DNA of 64,000 bases. Origin: an uncultured Candidatus Cloacimonadota bacterium (GTDB taxonomy: Bacteria; Cloacimonadota; Cloacimonadia; Cloacimonadales; TCS61). Where the stretch lies: assembly GCA_964604155.1 (NCBI GenBank), contig CAZRXY010000101.1:307-64306 (forward strand), given 5' to 3'. A program made the position numbers and the translations under genes. Under the pieces are notes generated by a model that did no database searches, was not told where the DNA came from, and was given only the letters and a program-made list of their open reading frames with translations. The first letter of the stretch is position 1. Each line of letters begins with the position of its first letter. Shown here one piece after another: positions 55,869 through 64,000 of this stretch.

Positions 55869-56444
55869 TTACCAATTGTATTCTCTAACTGATTTGGCTT
55901 TGCTATCAGTTTTAAGTTGTGCCGGTTTGGGGGGGATTTCACTAAGCTCCATATCATATTGATTGCCTTTATAAGTGTAACTGATCATACCAGGCTGAAT
56001 GTCATTTATGGTGCCTCGGGCTCCAGCCGAAAAGTCTCCACCCAGATCAAACATATCTCCAATCCCATAGAGCGTTGTCATACCTTTATAGCTGATAGCA
56101 GCCTTCTTCTCTCCAATCTCCGGAATGATAGTCATTTCAAGCCGAATTAAACTCTCCACTTCTTCACGCCATTGCATTTCGAGGTCTTTCTGGGTCTTCA
56201 CGATCAGATTCTGCTCAAGAGGATCCTTTTCTACTGTGAAATAAAAATTCTTCCTATCTCTGATCGAAGAATCTATCTCCTGAATCTGACTCAGCAATCT
56301 CTCACTTAATGCCATCTTTTTATAAATGGATTCTTCCGGGACTTCCTGTACCTTTTTATACAAAGACGAAGCCTTGATACCATAAGCTAATAGCAAGATC
56401 ACCACAAGGATAATTACAAAGTCTTTTAAATATTTCTGTTCCAC
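55869..56444 (-). CDS. Hypothetical membrane-anchored protein in the PilP position
   Basis: Called from synteny only (between pilO and pilQ). It has an N-terminal TM (FVIILVVILLLAYGI) rather than a lipobox. No motif recognised. Confidence 0.35.
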   Translation of the reverse strand: MEQKYLKDFVIILVVILLLAYGIKASSLYKKVQEVPEESIYKKMALSERLLSQIQEIDSSIRDRKNFYFTVEKDPLEQNLIVKTQKDLEMQWREEVESLIRLEMTIIPEIGEKKAAISYKGMTTLYGIGDMFDLGGDFSAGARGTINDIQPGMISYTYKGNQYDMELSEIPPKPAQLKTDSKAKSVREYNW

Positions 56445-56445
56445 T

Positions 56446-57003
56446 TTATACCTCCTTTATGATCTTGAATGTAGAGAGATCTATAGCCACTTTGTAGCGA
56501 GTCTCACTAACGGTATCAATAACTTCGGATTTGCCTCTGGCTGCATAAGGTACCACATCAAGAGTCTTTACCTTTATGATATAGTCCAACGCTTCCAGAT
56601 CTGTAAGAAATTTACCCAGTTGCACGTATGTACAGTTTAGCTCCATCGTATATAGATGCTCCAAAAGGTCTCCGCCTATTGAAGATACATTTTTATGAGA
56701 AAAAGAGTGAATGGCAAATTTATACTTATCTGCCATATCGTGAATTTCCTTGGTAAATGTACCAATTTCGTCAACATCAAATCGTCTCTCGGTTGTTATG
56801 CTGCCAAGTATCACTCTGGAAACCTGACGCAATTGCTCATTGAGCACTTTTGCACTATTCAATTTTTCCTGTTCAACTTTAATTCTTTCGTCATACCGGT
56901 CTATACGAGACATTTTTTGAGAGATTATCTGGGAGCTGAAATGGAAAAACAGTATCGTTACCAATATCATAACTGAAAGTAAAATTAGGTATTGCTGTCT
57001 CAT
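56446..57003 (-). CDS. pilO: Pilus alignment-complex protein PilO-like
   Basis: N-terminal TM followed by a coiled coil, 185 aa. The start overlaps the pilN stop by 4 nt. Assigned from the pilMNO synteny. Confidence 0.65.
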   Translation of the reverse strand: MRQQYLILLSVMILVTILFFHFSSQIISQKMSRIDRYDERIKVEQEKLNSAKVLNEQLRQVSRVILGSITTERRFDVDEIGTFTKEIHDMADKYKFAIHSFSHKNVSSIGGDLLEHLYTMELNCTYVQLGKFLTDLEALDYIIKVKTLDVVPYAARGKSEVIDTVSETRYKVAIDLSTFKIIKEV

Positions 57004-57596
57004 CTTCCTCTCCTTGTTGATATTCTCCCGCCTCTAGTGGTGCAATCTATCTGAAATCTTATGATCTCAACATCTTTCTCAAAATCACGTAATGACCTGA
57101 CGAAGTAGATATCCTCAAAATCTACACTGATCTGTTCGTTGTTCTTTAGGTTATTAATAAATTCATTGATCAGATCAAATTCTTTCTCATCTCTGTCTAA
57201 GCGGGTGATGCCGTAAATGCTCAGTACATCGCTTTTAAATGAGAAATTGGTTATTGCGATCTTATCGCTGGTTTTTTCTGATAATGCTACGAGTTTCTTT
57301 GACCAGAAAATGCGGTCTGTGCTGATTTCGGCAATATTGGTCAAATCCTTGGAAGACAGATATTGATCGTTTTCCTGATAGGACTTGATTTCCTGTGTGA
57401 TATTGCTCAAGAGGCTGCGGCGATTCTGAACTTTTTGCTCAAGTACACCATTATAATAAAGCACAAAACCATAAATAATGGCTGTGAGTATTACAAAAGC
57501 AAGAGCTGTTGTCCGAAAGGCTCTTTTCTGTTTAAGAACTGCCTGCTTGAGTTCGCCGTATTTGTTTAAGTTAATTTTAAAATATAACTGATTCAT
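57000..57596 (-). CDS. pilN: Pilus alignment-complex protein PilN-like
   Basis: N-terminal INLNKY (compare the INLLP motif that binds PilM), then a TM (ALAFVILTAIIYGFVLY) and a coiled coil. Confidence 0.7.
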   Translation of the reverse strand: MNQLYFKINLNKYGELKQAVLKQKRAFRTTALAFVILTAIIYGFVLYYNGVLEQKVQNRRSLLSNITQEIKSYQENDQYLSSKDLTNIAEISTDRIFWSKKLVALSEKTSDKIAITNFSFKSDVLSIYGITRLDRDEKEFDLINEFINNLKNNEQISVDFEDIYFVRSLRDFEKDVEIIRFQIDCTTRGGRISTRRGR

Positions 57597-57606
57597 AGAT
57601 TCTCCT

Positions 57607-58689
57607 CTATTCTGGTCTCAAAGCCAGGCCCAGTGCCAGTGCCAGCTGAGGATCGTTTGCATCATCAAATTTCTCTATACCTTCTATATCTGCCATAGGA
57701 TTGAATATTTCTGTGGGGATATTCAATTGCTCTGCAAGATATTCTGGTAAGCCAATTAGCTTCGCCGTCCCGCCTACTAAAAGGATTTTGCGGAAATCAC
57801 TATCCCCTGCTTCCTTCACATAGAATCTTAGCGAACGCTTTACTTCCATTGCAATCTGTTCGATGGCGGTCTTTTCTGTGATATCCAAAGCCAGAAGGGA
57901 ATCTCCGGTCACCTTCTTTTTGTGGGCATCCACTCCGAATTCCATCTTCATCTTTTCTGCTTCTTCAAATGAACACTTATGCAGCTTTGCCAAATCCTTA
58001 GAATAATGGTAGCCACCCCAACTGATATCGCGGGTAAAAAACTTTGCCCTTTTGCTGAATACTACCATATTCGTCTTGTATGCTCCCAGATTCAGCAGCA
58101 CATATACGCCGTCATCTGTCCCGGAAGTTAATGCAAAACTGTTTGCCACTGCCAAAGCCTCCAAATCAACAACATTTGGTTGAAGACCCCCAGAACTTAA
58201 AATCTGGGTGTGCTCTTTCAGCAAAGACTTGGTGGTGGAAGCTAAAAGGATATTCATATTATTCGTCTTTTCTTCCACACTTAATACCTGATAATCAAGA
58301 ACCATCTCTGATCCACTGATTGGCAGATGCTTTTTTGCTTCAAAGAACAGGGCTGATTCAAGCTCCTCATCCGGCAGAAATATTGTCTTGATCTGCTTTA
58401 TGCTGGTGTTGTCTCCTCCTACAGAGGTTACCAGATGACTCACTTTCTTGGGATTGATCTTCAGGTTGCGAAGCATCCCGGTTAAAACCGGAGCATACCT
58501 GTCTGACATAAGGTCTGACTGGTTATGCTCCAATCCTTCCGGTATAGTTGACCTGACGGCATAATTCATCAGTTTAAATCCCTCATGAACCCGCTTAAGG
58601 TGAACCAGCTTAATGCTGTGTGTACCTATATCAAGCCCTATTGACTCTTTAAACTTCTTCTGTTTTTTCTTCTTTGCCATATATCTCAC
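57607..58689 (-). CDS. pilM: Actin-like pilus assembly ATPase PilM
   Basis: IGLDIGTHSIKLV, LLNLGAYKTNMVVF and LLVGGTAKLIGLPEYL, which fit the ASKHA/PilM pattern. Confidence 0.85.
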   Translation of the reverse strand: MRYMAKKKKQKKFKESIGLDIGTHSIKLVHLKRVHEGFKLMNYAVRSTIPEGLEHNQSDLMSDRYAPVLTGMLRNLKINPKKVSHLVTSVGGDNTSIKQIKTIFLPDEELESALFFEAKKHLPISGSEMVLDYQVLSVEEKTNNMNILLASTTKSLLKEHTQILSSGGLQPNVVDLEALAVANSFALTSGTDDGVYVLLNLGAYKTNMVVFSKRAKFFTRDISWGGYHYSKDLAKLHKCSFEEAEKMKMEFGVDAHKKKVTGDSLLALDITEKTAIEQIAMEVKRSLRFYVKEAGDSDFRKILLVGGTAKLIGLPEYLAEQLNIPTEIFNPMADIEGIEKFDDANDPQLALALGLALRPE

Positions 58690-58747
58690 CTGTTTATAAA
58701 ATTAAATTTCATTATTACTCTCTCGGGCATCTTTGGTGCCGCCGATA

Positions 58748-60673
58748 TTAATGCCTGGGTGGTACCTTCATTGTCCAGCCAGATGAACTGTAGAGCAGAC
58801 TTGTGCTGCCCATACCTTCGTAAACCTGGGGATAATGTGGTGGTAACATCCCATAATCTATTCTGTCGTCCCAGTGATAATCCTTGTCATAACCAGTAGA
58901 ACCGTGCGTCCCATCGTATAACCACTCTTCTATATTCCACTCTTGACCACCCGGCGGGTGATTAAGCGGATCAGTGCCAGACCTGTGGATATAACCACGT
59001 CTATACTGCTGGATTCCACCAAACATGTGTATTATTCCCCGCTCTCCTACTATTGTCGTTTGGCTTTCTGGCCATACAGGATTATACCAGGGCCAGTCTG
59101 TTCCATAAGGCGGAACCAGGGGATTTGAATAATTCGAGCTTTCGTAGGGGTAACCACAGGCAGGATAACCTGGAGCCGGGGCATTACCATGCATCTGAAA
59201 ACCAGGGTCTAAGTTCCAGTAGGGGCTGGGGGGGAAGATGAATTTGTGAAAATCAGGATACTCCACATCCCATTGGGTGCCATTAGGCATAAAGATTGTA
59301 AATGGAGGGGTGGAACCATGAGGATGCTGATAGGCAAAAGAAAAAATGCCTTCATAATGAGTATTAAGATTACCATATACCTCTAAGTCGCCTTTGCCTA
59401 TCGCTGCATAACAGCCATAAAGATAAATGCTGCTGCAATTTGGAGACATCACTTCATTGGATACCGGATCCCTGTGCTTGTATTGAATATAGATTCTTTC
59501 TTCGGACACTAAGCCAAACATATCCTGGCAGAGACCTTCATCAGGCGGGTCTCCGGGAGCTATACTTTGATAGGTGATATCACCTGTGATGTATATCGTG
59601 TCTGCACAGCCCCAGGTCATCTTCCCGCTAATATTACCCTCTATCCATAATTGACAATGGACAAATACAGAATTATTCTGGACGTTCAGGCTGAATGAAT
59701 TATCGTCCCAATCATATTTCTTGACATCAATCACATTAGTCCAGATGGAATCGCCCACTGGAAAGTTTGGATGTTCGGGATCAGGGAAAGAATTATAAAC
59801 CGTGAAGGTATCACGCTCTGTGATGATATCTGCATACCTGCATGTAGCCGTGTTCCCGTCAATCTGGACGTAGAGGATATCACGATCCAATGAAGTGTCA
59901 AGAGTGTAACCATGTGCTCTGATATCAATGGCTTTGCCTGCAGAAATATTGATGTAGGCAGAATTCTCGATGTAGCCTCCGCGGAATATGTCGTCCATGG
60001 GCGCAGAATTTACTGCCGGTTGACCGGTTGCATAATTCATGATCCTACCGTTAGTAGTAACCAGTGCATTAAAGGTGGGCCAGCCATTATTGTTGCCACC
60101 ACCAGCTTGCTGGATCCAGATATCGTCATTGCTGTGGACTGGGCCATTCAAAACGTCCGGTCCCCAGAATTTTACTCTATCATCGCCGGTATATTCATCA
60201 TTTTCTGATGATTCCCACATCGTGAAATACTGATATTGTGCCAGACTCCTTCCTGAGAGTACGCTTTCGGCATATCTTTTGACTGGTGATTTGTAAGTAT
60301 TAGCTCCAACCTGGAATGCCCGGCCCCGTTTTACCGTGATGAGTGTAGGACCTATCCGGTTCTTGCCATCACTGATAACCGGCTGGTTATCTATCCTGTA
60401 GGTTGTCACCCTGTTATTACTGGATATCTCTATGTCATAATCACTATTGGGAAAGATATTAGGGGCATCCTGCATGATAATTGCGGTTCTTAGCTGCTCA
60501 GAGCGCAAAAAAGTCTCCGCCTGAAGAACATCGTTGGCATATTGTACCTGCATATTATCGAATCTTACTATTCCCATTAGCGAGATCGAAGAAATCACCG
60601 AAATCAAGATTACCACAGCAGCAGTACTCATCAGCATGATCGCACCCTTTTCACTTAATAAGAGCTTTTTCAT
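58748..60673 (-). CDS. 641-aa PilX_N-type pilin-like protein with large Trp/Tyr/Pro/His-rich C-terminal domain (candidate pilus-tip factor)
   Basis: The N-terminus LSEKGAIMLMSTAAVVILISVISSISLMGIV matches the PilX N-terminal pattern (..RGAALxxxLxxLxxL). The rest is unassigned. It occupies the position where pilX/pilY1 usually sit. Confidence 0.55.
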   Translation of the reverse strand: MKKLLLSEKGAIMLMSTAAVVILISVISSISLMGIVRFDNMQVQYANDVLQAETFLRSEQLRTAIIMQDAPNIFPNSDYDIEISSNNRVTTYRIDNQPVISDGKNRIGPTLITVKRGRAFQVGANTYKSPVKRYAESVLSGRSLAQYQYFTMWESSENDEYTGDDRVKFWGPDVLNGPVHSNDDIWIQQAGGGNNNGWPTFNALVTTNGRIMNYATGQPAVNSAPMDDIFRGGYIENSAYINISAGKAIDIRAHGYTLDTSLDRDILYVQIDGNTATCRYADIITERDTFTVYNSFPDPEHPNFPVGDSIWTNVIDVKKYDWDDNSFSLNVQNNSVFVHCQLWIEGNISGKMTWGCADTIYITGDITYQSIAPGDPPDEGLCQDMFGLVSEERIYIQYKHRDPVSNEVMSPNCSSIYLYGCYAAIGKGDLEVYGNLNTHYEGIFSFAYQHPHGSTPPFTIFMPNGTQWDVEYPDFHKFIFPPSPYWNLDPGFQMHGNAPAPGYPACGYPYESSNYSNPLVPPYGTDWPWYNPVWPESQTTIVGERGIIHMFGGIQQYRRGYIHRSGTDPLNHPPGGQEWNIEEWLYDGTHGSTGYDKDYHWDDRIDYGMLPPHYPQVYEGMGSTSLLYSSSGWTMKVPPRH

Positions 60674-60687
60674 TTTTCCTCCTGCTG

Positions 60688-61368
60688 CTATGAAGACACG
60701 GAAGTAGGAGTGTTGCCAATAAACACCTTAGTCTGATACTTTATCGTTCTGGTGTTCATCCGTATATCACTCTCGACCGTCTGTCCATTTCTGCGTTCGC
60801 GAAAGCGAACCTGTGCTTCCAGGTTTATTCTCAGTAACCGGACGTTTCCATCCGAATCAACTTTCAGTGGGGAGAAAGCCGTACCGGGATTTGTTATTCG
60901 ATATTTAAGTTGCCCGTCTATACGGGTATTACTCTCAGGGAATATCGGGATATCGCGGGAATTGGTGAGAGCTGAGGAAAACATGGCTGCCCCATAATTT
61001 CCACGCAATTTTAAAGTCCCTCCCGAATCCAGAGTCAATACTGACTCTATTGGATAAGCAGGAGAACTATCCACCTTCATCCTGATGGAATTGCCGCCCT
61101 CACTCAATATTACCTGGTTTGCGGATAATAAACCGCTCAGGGATTGATTGTTCGTGTTCACTCCTCGCTGCACATAGCCATACCGGACAGTCTCTATTGC
61201 CTGAAACAAATCGTCCTGGAGCTTAGTGTATTCATGAATGTCCTGATAGGCATAGATGAAATTGATTACTGACATCGTCATCACTATCATCACTATCACA
61301 CCAAGCGGTAGAGCGGCTATCAGATCAGGGAGAAGTATCCCTTTTTCATTATGTAGTTTATTGAACAT
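60688..61368 (-). CDS. Minor pilin-like protein (PilW-position) with non-canonical prepilin N-terminus
   Basis: NEKG|ILLPDLIAALPLGVIVMIVM: Gly, then a hydrophobic helix, with Pro at +4 and Asp at +5 instead of Glu. Overlaps the upstream gene by 11 nt. Confidence 0.5.
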   Translation of the reverse strand: MFNKLHNEKGILLPDLIAALPLGVIVMIVMTMSVINFIYAYQDIHEYTKLQDDLFQAIETVRYGYVQRGVNTNNQSLSGLLSANQVILSEGGNSIRMKVDSSPAYPIESVLTLDSGGTLKLRGNYGAAMFSSALTNSRDIPIFPESNTRIDGQLKYRITNPGTAFSPLKVDSDGNVRLLRINLEAQVRFRERRNGQTVESDIRMNTRTIKYQTKVFIGNTPTSVSS

Positions 61369-61849
61369 CTACACCACTCCTTTTCCAGTAATAATCCTCA
61401 CGCAAATAAACGCTGTGAGTTTTGTTCTGAGCTGATCCAAGATTCGCCGAAGGCTTCTCCTGCCAACTCACCGTCACTCGGGCTTCATCCCTGAAGGTAC
61501 TCAGTAAACTCGGTACCGAATAGGGATTACCTCCGGTTGATCCCGTAACTGTCACTGTAGCTAATATGCTGCGCCCCTTATTGTCGTCTAATACTAAGAC
61601 CTCTGTAAAATGATTGATAGAAGGGCGGCTATAAGAACCCATATTGCGATTGTTATACTTGATCTCTTCTATATAACCCTGCCCCAGAAGCAAAGCTGCA
61701 CGCGTGTGATAATTCACATCTGCCTGAGCTTTAGCATATTCTATGGACATGAACAATCCTAATAAAGCTATTGATACTATAAGCGTCACCGCTAATACGT
61801 GAATCAATCCGAAACCAGACTCATTACGTATATCTACTATTTTATTCAT
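61358..61849 (-). CDS. Minor pilin-like protein (PilV-like) with His at position +5
   Basis: NESG|FGLIHVLAVTLIVSIALLGLF resembles PilV (G|FSxIEVLVAxxxxxxGLLG), but Glu+5 is His (codon at 61799-61801). The start overlaps the pilT stop (TAATG). Confidence 0.55.
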   Translation of the reverse strand: MNKIVDIRNESGFGLIHVLAVTLIVSIALLGLFMSIEYAKAQADVNYHTRAALLLGQGYIEEIKYNNRNMGSYSRPSINHFTEVLVLDDNKGRSILATVTVTGSTGGNPYSVPSLLSTFRDEARVTVSWQEKPSANLGSAQNKTHSVYLREDYYWKRSGVDVQ

Positions 61850-62904
61850 TAGAAACCTACGCCGGTTGCAAACATTTTGGGATTATCGGCAACCTGTTCC
61901 GCTACGGTCCTATCGATCAAACCATTCATTACATGATTATATAATGACTGATCAACGGTTTGCATACCTTCCTTGGTTCCACTCTGGATCACCGAAGGTA
62001 TCTGGTAAGTTTTTTCTTCACGAATAAGATTCCGTACGGCAGCATTAGCGATCATTATCTCTAATGCCGGTATACGACCATCTATATCCTTACGAGGTAA
62101 AAGTGTCTGCGCCACCACTGCCTGCAGAGATTCCGATAGCATGGAGCGTACCTGTCCCTGCTGCTCCTTGGGGAACATGTCTATGATCCTGTCGATAGAC
62201 TTGGTGGCACTGGATGTGTGAAGCGTGGCTAAAACAAGGTGACCGGTCTCTGCGGCTGTCAATGCCAGAGACACCGTCTCCAAATCTCGCATCTCGCCCA
62301 CAAGGATCACATCCGGATCCTCTCGTAAAGCAGAACGCAATGCTGCCGTAAATGACCACGTGTCGTGTCCTAATTCCCGCTGGTTCACCAGCGAATTCTT
62401 ACTCACATGAACAAACTCGATCGGGTCTTCTATAGAAATGATATGACACTGCTTCTTCTCGTTGATGTGATCTATCATAGTCGCCAGTGTTGTCGATTTA
62501 CCACTTCCGGTGGGACCCGTTACCAGAATCAAACCCTTTTGTCGTAACGCAAGCCTTGATAAAATCTCCGGTAAATGGAGCTCGTCAAAACTCTTGATCT
62601 CATTTGGGATTACTCGAAAAGCACATGCCCGTCCATTAACCTGATGAAAGGCATTTACACGAAATCGAGTTTCATCATCCAGTTTGGTGGAAAAATCAAA
62701 TTCCAGCCGTTCCAGAAAAAGCGTCTTCTGACTTTCATTCATCGTTGAAAATATCAGATTATCTATCTCTTCCTGGGTCATTACTGGCAGATTCAGCTTC
62801 TTCATCCAACCATAGACTCGCACCATCGGTACCGAGCCCGCACTGATATGAAGGTCAGACGCTCCGGCATCTGCCGTAAATTGTAGTAATTCCCGTATGG
62901 TCAA
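61849..62904 (-). CDS. pilT: Twitching-motility retraction ATPase
   Basis: 351 aa. ASDLHISAGSVPMVR, Walker A GPTGSGKSTTLA, ALREDPDVILVGEMRD and LVLATLHT. Confidence 0.9.
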   Translation of the reverse strand: MTIRELLQFTADAGASDLHISAGSVPMVRVYGWMKKLNLPVMTQEEIDNLIFSTMNESQKTLFLERLEFDFSTKLDDETRFRVNAFHQVNGRACAFRVIPNEIKSFDELHLPEILSRLALRQKGLILVTGPTGSGKSTTLATMIDHINEKKQCHIISIEDPIEFVHVSKNSLVNQRELGHDTWSFTAALRSALREDPDVILVGEMRDLETVSLALTAAETGHLVLATLHTSSATKSIDRIIDMFPKEQQGQVRSMLSESLQAVVAQTLLPRKDIDGRIPALEIMIANAAVRNLIREEKTYQIPSVIQSGTKEGMQTVDQSLYNHVMNGLIDRTVAEQVADNPKMFATGVGF

Positions 62905-62917
62905 AGCTTGCCTCCGA

Positions 62918-63343
62918 TTAATCGATGTTTTCTTGTTCAGTTTCCTGATCTATGCCGTAGCCATGATACAATGCATCATTCACATCATACCAAACCTGCT
63001 TGCCTTCGCCCGCAGGAAAATCACTGGTCGATGTGGCAACGTATCTGGTCGGGGGGTTACCGATAACCTCAAATTCCCAATTCTTCTCTGTAGCATTACC
63101 TAATTTCGCGTCTATTAATGCATCTTCTACTGTGTAACCCTCGGTGGTGCCATAGGTCTGATACTGGACGCGAAAGGCGCTACGAATCGCTGCGATAGCA
63201 CTTTGAGCTTCGGTTGCTCTTGCCTTGTTTACATAACTCATGTAAATCGGCACTGCGATTGCGGCAAGGATAGCTATAATTACTACCACTACCAGCAACT
63301 CAATCAAACTAAACCCTTTTTGGTTTTTGAACTTCATCAACAT
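62918..63343 (-). CDS. pilA: Major type IVa pilin
   Basis: SD aggagg upstream. Canonical class-III signal KFKNQKG|FSLIELLVVVVIIAILAAIAVPIY. 141 aa. Confidence 0.9.
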   Translation of the reverse strand: MLMKFKNQKGFSLIELLVVVVIIAILAAIAVPIYMSYVNKARATEAQSAIAAIRSAFRVQYQTYGTTEGYTVEDALIDAKLGNATEKNWEFEVIGNPPTRYVATSTSDFPAGEGKQVWYDVNDALYHGYGIDQETEQENID

Positions 63344-63402
63344 TCTTCCTCCTTATTGATGATCATTTTTTCCTTCTTTTTTTGATATATGTTTCCTTCT
63401 AA

Positions 63403-63419
63403 AGCAGATTATGTTCCAG
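63403..63419 (-). promoter_or_regulatory. Candidate sigma-54 (-24/-12) promoter upstream of pilA
   Basis: Minus strand reads CTGGAACataatCTGCTt. The GG and GC elements have consensus spacing (TGGCAC-N5-TTGC), ~60 nt upstream of the pilA ATG. Match is 5/6 and 3/4. Confidence 0.3.
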
Positions 63420-63747
63420 TTTGCGAAATTCTTGCTTTTTTTTGACACAATTTTACTGCGATGGCTAATCCCTTCTTTCCCGTCTCTTAATTCAATAAAA
63501 AACTTATGCATTTCCTATCTCCTGATGCCATCCTTGATTTTCACGAAAAACTTGTCAAGAAAAATTTACCTTATGTCCTTATTCCCTGACCAAGCTCTCA
63601 CCAAAGATGACTTATACAAACTAGCTTAGTACGCCTTTTTCTGTCTATCATTTTTTTTTCTGCTGCATGTTTTGTTTACAGCCTGTAAATAATTTGAACA
63701 GCCCCGCTCGAAAACGAGGCTGTCTCTTATATTTCAGCCTTTCTATC

Positions 63748-64000
63748 CTATTTCATCAATATCATTTTCTTCGTTGTGGTATAATCGCCATTCCTGAACT
63801 TATAGAAATAAATTCCACTGCTCACTTGACGACCGGAGAAATCTGTGCCCTGCCATTTAATCTGATGATCACCCGCAGAAAGATTATGTGCCATAATGGT
63901 TTCCACTAATTGACCGCGGACATTATAAATCGTGATTTCCACAGCACCCGTCTCCGCTAAGGTGAATAAAATATCTGTCTCAGGATTAAAGGGATTGGGA
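63748..64000 (-). CDS. C-terminal end of another T9SS cargo protein (gene continues beyond the right window edge)
   Basis: The minus-strand frame is open to base 64000: ..NPFNPETDILFTLAETGAVEITIYNVRGQLVETI..SSGIYFYKFRNGDYTTTKKMILMK-stop. This fits the T9SS type-A sorting-domain pattern. Confidence 0.75.
   Translation of the reverse strand, partial: PNPFNPETDILFTLAETGAVEITIYNVRGQLVETIMAHNLSAGDHQIKWQGTDFSGRQVSSGIYFYKFRNGDYTTTKKMILMK

Noticed and set aside
1-64000. Looked for CRISPR arrays, rRNA/tRNA genes, IS elements, integrases and phage structural genes, especially in the ORF-free stretches (11125-11530, 32381-32884, 45776-46342, 47351-48102, 63344-63747).
   Set aside because: No regularly spaced direct repeats, no tRNA-like T-arm/acceptor patterns, no transposase or integrase motifs. 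I cannot exclude small or novel ncRNAs without covariance-model scans.

Overview
Densely coding, AT-rich bacterial chromosomal window with about 50 protein genes. I recognised no rRNA, tRNA, CRISPR array, transposase or integrase by eye. All family calls come from motif recognition by eye; no searches were run. The taxonomy (a diderm, FCB-group/Cloacimonadota-like uncultured anaerobe) is inference from the T9SS sorting tails, lpxK and saccharopine dehydrogenase.

Left to right:
1. Two large secreted proteins end in T9SS/Por C-terminal sorting domains (1-5833). A third such tail sits at the right edge (63748-64000).
2. A CcrM/M.HinfI-family N6-adenine methyltransferase lies downstream of a secreted Endonuclease-I/LTD/dockerin nuclease (5960-8871, minus strand).
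3. Saccharopine dehydrogenase and a membrane zinc-ribbon protein.
4. A ~14-kb surface-polysaccharide locus (11531-25614). It holds an MBOAT and its SGNH partner, a frameshifted STAS gene, and a doubly degenerate nucleotidyltransferase/phosphoglycosyltransferase fusion. It continues with Wzc-like, Wza-like and Wzy-like genes, two tandem TagF-like phosphotransferases, Wzx, a HAD phosphatase and an EEP lipoprotein.
5. A MATE pump, GH38 alpha-mannosidase, a TPR protein and an IspD/TarI cytidylyltransferase.
6. A five-gene signalling operon (33747-37820): REC-PP2C, STAS, REC-HD-GYP and two lipoproteins, with no switch kinase.
7. Housekeeping genes: cobO-lpxK, polA, nagZ and two ABC permeases.
8. 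An exported superoxide-reductase-fold protein with an altered metal site, then a lone ECF-like sigma gene with a C-terminal extension set in ~1.3 kb of ORF-free DNA.
9. A complete 14-gene, ~15-kb type IVa pilus operon on the minus strand (48103-63343).

Best candidates for something undescribed:
- the kinase-less partner-switching/HD-GYP operon;
- the pilus operon's extra parts (an 830-aa Ig-repeat lipoprotein between pilQ and pilB, and minor pilins with non-canonical N-termini);
- the STAS plus pseudo-enzyme pair inside the polysaccharide locus;
- the exported SOR-like protein.
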